From Chloroflexi bacterium B3_Chlor (GTDB lineage: Bacteria; Chloroflexota; Anaerolineae; UBA7937; B3-Chlor), in assembly GCA_005223035.1 (NCBI GenBank), contig NJBK01000012.1:815-64814 (forward strand): DNA of 64,000 nucleotides, read 5' to 3'. The translations under genes and the position numbers were made by a program. Shown here in pieces: positions 8,588 through 16,360 of the stretch. Under the pieces are notes generated by a model. The model did not search any database and was not told where the DNA came from. It was given only the letters and a program-made list of their open reading frames with translations. Within the stretch, counting starts at the first letter, position 1; each line of letters opens with the position of its first letter.

Positions 8588-9802
8588 TCAGTCTTCCATA
8601 ACCCTGGCTACCAGCTCCACTATGTCCAGTACCCTCATTCTCGCCTTTTCTTGGCGCGCCGCGGTCATCAAGGTCCGTTTGCATTGCTGACAGGCGGAAA
8701 CAAGAACTTGGGCCTCCGTGGCCAGCGCCTGTCGCAGCCGCCGAGCCGCCACCGCCCCTACCAATTCCTCATCGCACATCGCAACGTCACCCCCACCGCC
8801 GCAACAGAGGGCTTGCCGCCGGTTCTCCTCCATCTCAGCGAACGAGATACCGGGAATACTCCGTATCACACTCCTTGGAGCATCATATATGCCGCTGTTC
8901 CTTCCCAAGTCACAGGGGTCATGATACGTGACCAGCCGGTCGAACTCGTTCAGTTTAATGCGCCCCTCACCGATTAGTTCCAGCAGGAGCTCGCTCAGAT
9001 GCTGTACTTCGAAGCCCAGGGGTTCTCCCATGATTCTCGGGTACTCATGTAGCCACGTGTGATAGCAGGAGGGACACCCCGCCACTAGTCTGTGAGCCCC
9101 GATGCCTCTTATCGCCGCCACGCTATGCTCCACCAACTCCTTGATTGCACTTTCCATGCCAGCGATAATGAGCGGATATCCGCAACACCACTCTTCACCC
9201 CCCAGCGTGGTGAAATCCAGACCAGCTCTCTCCATCACCGTCACCGTCGCTTGGGGAATGCCATAGGTCTGAGGATAGAAGGCGGGTGTGCAGCCAACGA
9301 AGTAGACTATGTCCGCCTCCCGCTTGCCCGCTAGGCCCTCGGGTACCCGTTCCAGGTTCTCGCTCCAGATAAGGCGGTCCTGATTGTCGTCTCCAGAGAT
9401 GTTGTATCTCGTAGTGACCATCTCACGCAGAGTGTCGAAAGTCTCAGGGTAATGACCCAGATCGACCAGATGCTCCCGCATGGCAATCCACAGAGGACGA
9501 GTGTCTATTTTGACCGGGCATACCACCCTACAGCGTCCACAGAGGGTGCAATCGTAGACCCCGTCGGAGAATTCCTCCAAGGACTCATCAGCCGGGAACC
9601 TAGACCCAAACAGCCTGGCGCGGAACCCATACTGAGCCCCTATGAAAGACCTCATGCGGCGTATCTTGTCCGCCGGTTGCAGAGGCTCCTCACTTTTCTC
9701 CGCATACGTGGGGCACCACTTGACACACTCGCCGCAGCGAGTGCACGCGTCAAGCTCCATCAGCTGCTTGAATGAGTAGTGAGAGAGGTCAAACTTGCCC
9801 AT
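8588..9802 (-). CDS. HdrD/DsrK-like Fe-S oxidoreductase (paralog of 374..1570)
   Basis: CTRCGECVKWCP and CTLCGRCRVVCP, then CCG domains (..WCCGYP..GCPSCYH.. and ..LCCGGGGD..SACQQCKR..). The ATG start overlaps the stop of the upstream membrane subunit. Confidence 0.8.
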   Translation of the reverse strand: MGKFDLSHYSFKQLMELDACTRCGECVKWCPTYAEKSEEPLQPADKIRRMRSFIGAQYGFRARLFGSRFPADESLEEFSDGVYDCTLCGRCRVVCPVKIDTRPLWIAMREHLVDLGHYPETFDTLREMVTTRYNISGDDNQDRLIWSENLERVPEGLAGKREADIVYFVGCTPAFYPQTYGIPQATVTVMERAGLDFTTLGGEEWCCGYPLIIAGMESAIKELVEHSVAAIRGIGAHRLVAGCPSCYHTWLHEYPRIMGEPLGFEVQHLSELLLELIGEGRIKLNEFDRLVTYHDPCDLGRNSGIYDAPRSVIRSIPGISFAEMEENRRQALCCGGGGDVAMCDEELVGAVAARRLRQALATEAQVLVSACQQCKRTLMTAARQEKARMRVLDIVELVARVMED

Positions 9803-10643
9803 GAGTTACTCCAGCAGGCACCGAGGGGGTCTCCTCCCTCGGTAGGGAATTGACAGTGGCGATGATAGCGCCAGCCACAGCATGGAAGAACTTGCTGAAG
9901 GGGATGTACGCCACCACCACGGAGGAGAATATGGCATGAAACAGAAACAGCCAGTCATGGAGATCGGCCCACGGCAGAGGTGCAGTCCTCACCAGCGAGG
10001 CCACTGGGTAGCCGATGAAAGCATAGGCCGCGGTGGCAGGCAACTCCTCAAACTCGAAGCTCAGGCGGCATATCTCCGCCAAGTAGCCTGAGATCATGAT
10101 GACCACCAGTAACACGATGATCTGCATGTCCACCATTCGCGTGCGCATGTCCAGTTCCCTGATCACGTAACGGCGGACGATGACAATCATCAACCCCACC
10201 ATGACCACCAACCCCCCGAACTCGTTCAGGAAGGCCGTGATCGCATGATCTTTGTTGGCGAAAATGGAGGTGAAGAGATTATCCATCTTGAAGATGGGTA
10301 TCATGATGTCAACGCTTATGAAAGAGAAACCGCTCAGGATAGTCAGCAACACAATACCGCCGAACACGCAGAAATGGGCAGTCCAGCGCAACTTGTGCGC
10401 CCTGAACAAGGTAGGGTGAATCGCACCGTCCCAAATCAACACCCGTAGTAGAGCTCCCAACCTGGCGCTAAAGATCGTAGCCAGAGTGCTTCTAATCAGC
10501 AGGAACAGCTTCCTACGAGCGCTGATGTCACCTCTGCCGTTGACGGTCCCCTGAAGCCAAATCGTCAGGGTGAACACCGTCCCTGCGACGAAAACGATCA
10601 TAGCCGGTATGTGGAAGAGCCAGAATACGAGCATTATGTCCAT
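9789..10643 (-). CDS. Polytopic membrane protein, probable heme-b/quinone-interacting partner of the HdrD-like protein (DsrM/HdrE/NarI-like)
   Basis: 284 aa with about 6-7 hydrophobic helices carrying conserved-looking His residues (FWLFHIP, WTAHFCVF, LFLFHAIF, KFFHAVAG). It is translationally coupled to the HdrD-like gene. The family assignment rests on context. Confidence 0.5.
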   Translation of the reverse strand: MDIMLVFWLFHIPAMIVFVAGTVFTLTIWLQGTVNGRGDISARRKLFLLIRSTLATIFSARLGALLRVLIWDGAIHPTLFRAHKLRWTAHFCVFGGIVLLTILSGFSFISVDIMIPIFKMDNLFTSIFANKDHAITAFLNEFGGLVVMVGLMIVIVRRYVIRELDMRTRMVDMQIIVLLVVIMISGYLAEICRLSFEFEELPATAAYAFIGYPVASLVRTAPLPWADLHDWLFLFHAIFSSVVVAYIPFSKFFHAVAGAIIATVNSLPREETPSVPAGVTHGQV

Positions 10644-10922
10644 TCGTCAAACCCTATCTAGGACGGCGTCTGAAACGCACGGCCCTTTCCCAACCAGCTA
10701 CAGATCGTCGCCTTCCCAGACTGCATAGAGACAGCACGAACCTCTCGGTCGTAGATCTTGAAACATTCGGGGGAGGCCAACGGTCAATGCCTGCTGCCGC
10801 GCGCCGCCCTGCTCATCGGCCTCCCTTCGCGATACAGCAAGTCCCAGAACCAGGAGCATCCACCCGTCGAGAGGTGTGAGTCTCAGCCTTACGTTTCTTG
10901 CTGGAGAACTCTGGGCGAGATC

Positions 10923-11360
10923 CTAGGCCCCTTCGAGGATATCCTTGTACTTTTCTATCTCTGACTCTACGAACGACTGGAACTCGGCGTCGGAGGCCTT
11001 GAGCAGGTTATCAAGCTCGCCTAGATCGGAGGCCTCGATCTTGGCTAGCCAACCTTCGCCGAAGGGGTCCTCGTTGATCGGCGCCACATCCCATTCCAGT
11101 TCCTCGTTGGTCTCGGTGATGGCTCCGCTGACCATGGCCGCGATGCGACCGACCCACTTGCCGGACTCCATGGACATGAAGGTCTTGCCTTGCTCCACTG
11201 TGCGTCCAGTGCGTGGTACCTCAACGTATACAATCTCCTTCGATATCTTCTGGGCGAATTCGGTGACTCCCTGCGTCACCGCGTTACCCTCCACCAGAGC
11301 CCAGGCATGATTCTTGTCGTAGTACAGTTCATCCGGGAAGTTGTATTCGCCGATATTCAT
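10923..11360 (-). CDS. GcvH-like lipoate-binding protein (LbpA-like); no gcvT/gcvP nearby
   Basis: ..YDKNHAWALVEGNAVTQGVTEFAQ..VYVEVP..MESGKWVGRIAAMVSGAITETNEEL..DPFGEGWL.. = H-protein fold, with the lipoyl-Lys in ESGKW. Start set to ATG 11360 (MNIGEY) behind GGAGAGGAGG. The track start at 11387 would lie at the predicted transcription start. Confidence 0.8.
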   Translation of the reverse strand: MNIGEYNFPDELYYDKNHAWALVEGNAVTQGVTEFAQKISKEIVYVEVPRTGRTVEQGKTFMSMESGKWVGRIAAMVSGAITETNEELEWDVAPINEDPFGEGWLAKIEASDLGELDNLLKASDAEFQSFVESEIEKYKDILEGA

Positions 11361-11393
11361 GTCCTCGACACCTCCTCTCCAACTCATCGGGGA

Positions 11394-11402
11394 ATTCTAT
11401 CA
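11394..11402 (-). promoter_or_regulatory. Extended -10 promoter element TGATAGAAT upstream of the gcvH-like gene
   Basis: The minus strand reads ctgTGATAGAATtccccg, about 35 nt upstream of ATG 11360. The same 9-mer precedes the ArsB/NhaD-type transporter gene. Confidence 0.45.
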
Positions 11403-11616
11403 CAGGAGCGCCCGATCATCAAAGCCACAAACCCTTCCTGGCCGCTATCATACCACCCCAGGGTCAAAGTCAGGTCTGAATCTGGTCCTAATCTGGTCAT
11501 AGGGTCAATCGGAATGTGTCCGGACCTCCCTCAGACCAGGAAGGACCATGACTACCTCCCTCGGTATCTCGTCTGCGTTCCAGCTGATGCGCCAGGATCC
11601 AGCCTCAGGTGCAAGA

Positions 11617-12537
11617 CTACTTCCTCCTCGTGATCTGAAACCGATCAAAATCTCTGACTACAACGGTGTTGGGGAATATGGTCTGAGCCTCTTCCAGCAC
11701 CTCCCTCGCCGCATAGCGGCGCGATATGTGGTTGAGATACAATGTCCTCACGCCTGCCTCCCTGGCAAGGGTCACTGCTTGGGCAACGGTCAGGTGCCCG
11801 AACTGCTCCGCCAGTTCGCCTTCCGCAGAGAGGTAGGTGGCCTCGATTACCAAGCCATCGGCCCCCTGAGCGTAGGAGATGAGATCGTCAACTCGGCCAG
11901 CATCCCCGACGTAGACGAGCCTAGCCCCAGGGCGCGGATCTCCCAGCACTTGATCGGGGTGGACCACAGTCCCGTCAGCCAACGCGACCGCCTCACCACG
12001 CACCAGTCGCCTTCGCTCTTGTCCCGACGGCACCCCCAGTTCTTCCGCCGCCTCAGCCAGAAAAGGTCGCCTGCTTCGCTCCTCGAAAGTGAAGCCGAAG
12101 CAGCCTGGCCCACGATGAGTAACCGGGAAGGCAGAGAGTACAAAATCCTCATCCTCAAGCAGCACTCCCGGTGATAGCTCGATGAACTCCAACTCCAAGG
12201 GGGGCTTCGCCCCTCGTAAAACAACTCCGAATATGAGATCCTCCACCCTCTCCAGAGCCCATCTTCCGCCATAGATCTCCAGGGCGTCCACTGCCTCCCA
12301 ACGGCTGAACGTGGAGATCAGACCTCCCAGCCCCAAAATGTGGTCCAGATGCCCGTGAGTGAGAAGTATGCGCTTCAATCTCTTGAAACCCAGTCCACTT
12401 CTCAGCAACTGTCTCTGAGTTCCTTCGCCGCAATCAATCAGAAAACGGTAGTGCTTGTAGAGCACCACAGTCGCAGTGAGGTTTCTCGCCACTGAGGGAG
12501 CTGAGGCCGAGGTGCCCAGGAAGACGATTTCAAACAC
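11617..12537 (-). CDS. rnz: Ribonuclease Z (metallo-beta-lactamase fold)
   Basis: MFEIVFLGTSASAP..FLIDCGEGTQRQL..LLTHGHLDHILGLGG..; 306 aa. Confidence 0.85.
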   Translation of the reverse strand: MFEIVFLGTSASAPSVARNLTATVVLYKHYRFLIDCGEGTQRQLLRSGLGFKRLKRILLTHGHLDHILGLGGLISTFSRWEAVDALEIYGGRWALERVEDLIFGVVLRGAKPPLELEFIELSPGVLLEDEDFVLSAFPVTHRGPGCFGFTFEERSRRPFLAEAAEELGVPSGQERRRLVRGEAVALADGTVVHPDQVLGDPRPGARLVYVGDAGRVDDLISYAQGADGLVIEATYLSAEGELAEQFGHLTVAQAVTLAREAGVRTLYLNHISRRYAAREVLEEAQTIFPNTVVVRDFDRFQITRRK

Positions 12538-13600
12538 CGTTCCCTCCCCTTAGTGTCACTTTTCCCGGCCCTCCCTCCTGCCCTTGGACGACAAACTCCT
12601 TCCTCATGAATTGCTCCATAACCCAGATATTGGTCAACAGGTGCTGGGTGATACGGCAGGTGGTAAAGGACGAGTCACCTTCCGCCAGGGCCATGGGGAG
12701 AATAAGCTGATCGGCCAGATGCTGATCCAGGGCAGCTCCACCCCTGTAGTAGTCCAAGAATTCAGCACAGGCTCCCTCGGCCACCTTCTCCGCCGGCTTG
12801 CCTTTCCTCCCCAAGGAGGTGAACCCGGCCCTCGCATTCTCGAACTCGGCCACCAAGAATAGGGCGCTGCCGCGCCCCTTCGCCGGACCATCGACGATGT
12901 CGATTCGAGGATCGAAACCTTCACGCCTCAGTACTTTCTCGGCCTGGCGCTTCTGCCGCTCGGCTATGTGTCCGGGCAGGTTTGAGAGGGCTGATATGCC
13001 GTACAGCCCTTTCAGCCCTCCACGTTCGGTCAGCTCGAGCCCCGATATCCCCGACACTGGATGCCCCAGGCCGGTGATCTGGGCCGTGATCAGTCCTCCG
13101 CCGATGGGGTACCAGCCCCATCGCTCGATGTCCACTTGCGCGTGGATTCCCATCAGAGCCAAGGTCGGCAAATAGACCATTTTCAGGTAATGGAAGGGTG
13201 GGCTCCAAGCAACGTGAGTGCCTCCCCGCAGGACGAGCCTGGAGTTCCCATCCGCCAGGAGCAGAGGTGGAAGCAACGCTTGGAGAATCAAACTGGTGGC
13301 CCCGGCGCTCCCGCCTTTGCGCGCCTCAGCTACATCCAGCGAGTACTCGCCTCCACGAGGAGAGGAGCGCGGTGTGAAGGTCAGCGTTCGCGACCCCAGC
13401 TCCGCACCCTCCAGTTTGGCGCGACAAACCTGCGCCAGGGCGCGGACTCCAGTCAGGTGCTGAGCCTGCAGGCCGGGATTGGGGCGCTTGATGCGGATAT
13501 TATCGATCCGTATCGGTTCACTTAGTATGGCCGAGAGAGACAGCGAACTACGTAGTACCGCCCCGCCTCCCTCGCCATGAGAACCGTCTATGACCACCAT
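12530..13600 (-). CDS. rtcA: RNA 3'-terminal phosphate cyclase
   Basis: IDGSHGEGGGAVLRSSLSLSAI..; 356 aa; overlaps the rnz start by 8 nt. Confidence 0.8.
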   Translation of the reverse strand: MVVIDGSHGEGGGAVLRSSLSLSAILSEPIRIDNIRIKRPNPGLQAQHLTGVRALAQVCRAKLEGAELGSRTLTFTPRSSPRGGEYSLDVAEARKGGSAGATSLILQALLPPLLLADGNSRLVLRGGTHVAWSPPFHYLKMVYLPTLALMGIHAQVDIERWGWYPIGGGLITAQITGLGHPVSGISGLELTERGGLKGLYGISALSNLPGHIAERQKRQAEKVLRREGFDPRIDIVDGPAKGRGSALFLVAEFENARAGFTSLGRKGKPAEKVAEGACAEFLDYYRGGAALDQHLADQLILPMALAEGDSSFTTCRITQHLLTNIWVMEQFMRKEFVVQGQEGGPGKVTLRGGNGV

Positions 13601-13709
13601 CGACAGCTCTCTCCCTCACCAGCCTACTGTGCTGGCGTCAATCAACCCTTGAGGTGCCACTCTCAGACGAGCTCGCTGCTTGCCTCGGGTCTCCCAATCC
13701 GAAGCATCT

Positions 13710-14522
13710 TTAGCAATGCAGCAGAGTTCCTTCCTCGACCCGGCTATCCAGCAACGCCTTCCTGATCAGCCCCTCTTGCTCACCAGAGATGAAACGTACC
13801 GTGATAGCTGGGTGAGCCTCGATCAACTGGGACATGGTTCGCACTTTGGCCAGCATGCCCCCAGTCACGTCAATGCCATGGGAGCCGGTCAGCATTTTCT
13901 CTACCTCGGCAAACTTGGAGGCAGATATCTTCTTGAGAAGGCGGGCTGCTGGCTCTTTCAAAGGGTCTCCAGTGAATACGCCTTCCACGTGACCGGCCAG
14001 GATGATCCTTCGAGGGGCGAGATGGACGCCAAGATAGGCAAAGATCTGTTCCGTGGATATAATGGCAGTGCCACGCACTCTGTCGAAAGATACATCGCCA
14101 TACACCATTGGCACCAACCCCCGCTTGAGGGCCTCCTTGATCAGGGCCACCTCCAAATGAACCAGTTGCCCATCGTCGCACAGAGCCGAGGCGGAGGGCT
14201 GTATGGGGAGAACCGGTATCCTTTGGGCGAGCAGTAGGTCGGCAACGACCCGGTCTAGCCGGGCGGCCACCACCGCTGTCTCAGCATACCCCCACCAATC
14301 ATCGCTTTCGAGCAGCCCTTCATGGACGCCGTACTTGCTCGCAGGCGCATGGGCGAAGGATCCGCTGCCGTGCCCCAAGAGGAGCTTCAGATCAGGAGCA
14401 TGGTCCAGAGCCTCCCGTATCTCCTGGGCCACACGGCGAATGACCCTTTCCCTGGCCGTCTGCGGGGATCCCTTATCGGTGATCAGGGAACCCCCTAACT
14501 TGAGGTATACCAGTTCGCCCAA
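13710..14522 (-). CDS. Isopentenyl phosphate kinase (amino-acid-kinase fold)
   Basis: LKLGGSLITDK.., ..LLLGHGSGSFAH.., ..IDVTGGM..; 270 aa; clustered with mevalonate kinase. Confidence 0.7.
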   Translation of the reverse strand: MGELVYLKLGGSLITDKGSPQTARERVIRRVAQEIREALDHAPDLKLLLGHGSGSFAHAPASKYGVHEGLLESDDWWGYAETAVVAARLDRVVADLLLAQRIPVLPIQPSASALCDDGQLVHLEVALIKEALKRGLVPMVYGDVSFDRVRGTAIISTEQIFAYLGVHLAPRRIILAGHVEGVFTGDPLKEPAARLLKKISASKFAEVEKMLTGSHGIDVTGGMLAKVRTMSQLIEAHPAITVRFISGEQEGLIRKALLDSRVEEGTLLHC

Positions 14523-14540
14523 CCCCGTGCCATCCTGTGC

Positions 14541-15224
14541 TCAATCTCCAGTGCTCACGGACCTCCCCTTCGTGGCCAGCAGAACCACCGCCCTCTCAGA
14601 AGCTTGGGGCAGATATCTGACCCCTTTAGGCACTACGGTCATCTCGCCCCTTCCCAAGGTCACGGTGCCTAACTCGGTGCCCACGGTCAGACTATCCTCC
14701 TGCACCAGTAGGAGTTCACTTCCCCCGCTGCAGAGATGCTCCTCGCCCTCACCCTCGTATCGAACCACAGACAGGCACAGATCGTCCACGGCGATCAGTT
14801 CACGGGCTACGGACGGTTCCGTCAGCTGCAGGGCCTCGGCGCCGATGTTGACCGGATGAATCTTTCCTGCGCCTTCTAGCACAAACAGCCTCCGCTTGCC
14901 GTTCTGCCTGTTAGCGAAGACCTTCCTTTCGAACACCAGGGCTACCGCTCGGGAGACGGAACCGCAGCGGTGAGCGACCGCCTTGGGTATCACCGCCATC
15001 TCTCCACTGCGCAGCATGTTGTTGCCCCACTCACTTTCCAGAGCCAGCTCTCCATCCAGAACCAGAAAAAGTTGTTCCTGATCAATGTGTTTGTGCCACG
15101 CTATCATACCTTCACTAGTGAACAGGCGGGCCACGAAATCATCAATGTCGGCTAGATCAACAACCAGAAAAGGCTGCGTAAGGCCGTTAGCCTCCTCGAA
15201 CGCGTTGATCTTCGCAATTGGCAT
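14541..15224 (-). CDS. Bicupin-domain protein of unknown function
   Basis: Two cupin-like halves (..WHKHIDQEQLFLVLDGEL..GEMAVIPKAVAHR.. and ..GEEHLCSGGSELLLVQED..GEMTVVPKGVRY..). Confidence 0.55.
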   Translation of the reverse strand: MPIAKINAFEEANGLTQPFLVVDLADIDDFVARLFTSEGMIAWHKHIDQEQLFLVLDGELALESEWGNNMLRSGEMAVIPKAVAHRCGSVSRAVALVFERKVFANRQNGKRRLFVLEGAGKIHPVNIGAEALQLTEPSVARELIAVDDLCLSVVRYEGEGEEHLCSGGSELLLVQEDSLTVGTELGTVTLGRGEMTVVPKGVRYLPQASERAVVLLATKGRSVSTGD

Positions 15225-15262
15225 AGCACCTCCTGTGGTCTAGGCCAACTCAAGCCATCACA

Positions 15263-16285
15263 TCATTGTTCTTCTTCTGGCACTACAGACGACGCCGGAG
15301 AAGGCACAAGATCTTTGCTCGCCTCGACCTCCGCCTGGATCACACCGTCGGCTCCCTCGGCCTCCAAGGCATGCTTCACCTGCTCGCCCGTCTGCGCAGT
15401 CACCAGGGCGATCATGTTTCCGCCGCGACCCGCCCCCGACAGTTTCGCACCCAAGGCTCCGTGTCGCCTAGCCGCCCTCACCAGAGCATCCAGTCGAGAG
15501 GAGGACACCCCCATATCCTGCAGCAGGCGGTGGTTGTCGTCCATCAGACGCCCTACCTGCCCCACCTCTCCCCTCTCGATGGCCCAGCGGGCCTTCACAG
15601 CTATATCGCCCACACCGTCGAACAGGGCTTCATATCTTTCCTTGGATTCCTCCCATGCTCGACGGACTGCGCCAACCACTATCCTCGTGGGGCTCTCTGC
15701 CCCAGTATCCGCAATGACAAGTGACAGGGGTCTTCCTACTGGGAAGGTCTCCAACCTCTCACCGCGGACAAAGTATACCGGCCGTTCATACGCTATCACC
15801 GTATTATCTATCCCGCTAGCCGTGCCGTGATGCAGCTTCTCCACTTCGTACACCAGTCGGGAAACCTCTTCCGCAGTGAGTTTCTTGGAGAAGTGCTCTG
15901 CCACCGCCCTAGTCATTGCTGTAGAGACGGCAGCACCGCTACCTAGGCCTCGCGCAATGGGAATGCTGGACTCCACAGCTATCGTCAGATCCTGCTCCAA
16001 ACTCAAGCCGAGGTAGGTGAGAACATTCACCACCGTGGCTTGCAGAGGGCTTGCCGCTGACTTGCTCTCTCTCTGTCCCACGTGAAAAACGCGGCCCAGA
16101 TCCTTGGCCACGATGACGATCCCCTGCTCTTTCTCACCCTCTTCGACCGTCACTCGAGCCTGAACCTGGGTCACCGGCACCGCTATGGCTGGCCGGCCAT
16201 AAACCACAGCGTGCTCCCCCACGAGAATGATTTTCCCTGGCGCGTGAGCTATGGTCATCAATAGCGTGCCTTTCAGGCCATCCAA
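15263..16285 (-). CDS. mvk: Mevalonate kinase (GHMP kinase)
   Basis: APGKIILVGEHAVVYG, GLGSGAAVS, KLSGAGRGGNMIAL. Confidence 0.85.
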   Translation of the reverse strand: MDGLKGTLLMTIAHAPGKIILVGEHAVVYGRPAIAVPVTQVQARVTVEEGEKEQGIVIVAKDLGRVFHVGQRESKSAASPLQATVVNVLTYLGLSLEQDLTIAVESSIPIARGLGSGAAVSTAMTRAVAEHFSKKLTAEEVSRLVYEVEKLHHGTASGIDNTVIAYERPVYFVRGERLETFPVGRPLSLVIADTGAESPTRIVVGAVRRAWEESKERYEALFDGVGDIAVKARWAIERGEVGQVGRLMDDNHRLLQDMGVSSSRLDALVRAARRHGALGAKLSGAGRGGNMIALVTAQTGEQVKHALEAEGADGVIQAEVEASKDLVPSPASSVVPEEEQ

Positions 16286-16360
16286 ACTAGTATATCACAG
16301 GAGACGAAGTGTGTACAAGGAACTGGGGTGGCGGAACCGCACAGGAGGTGATAAGATCTT

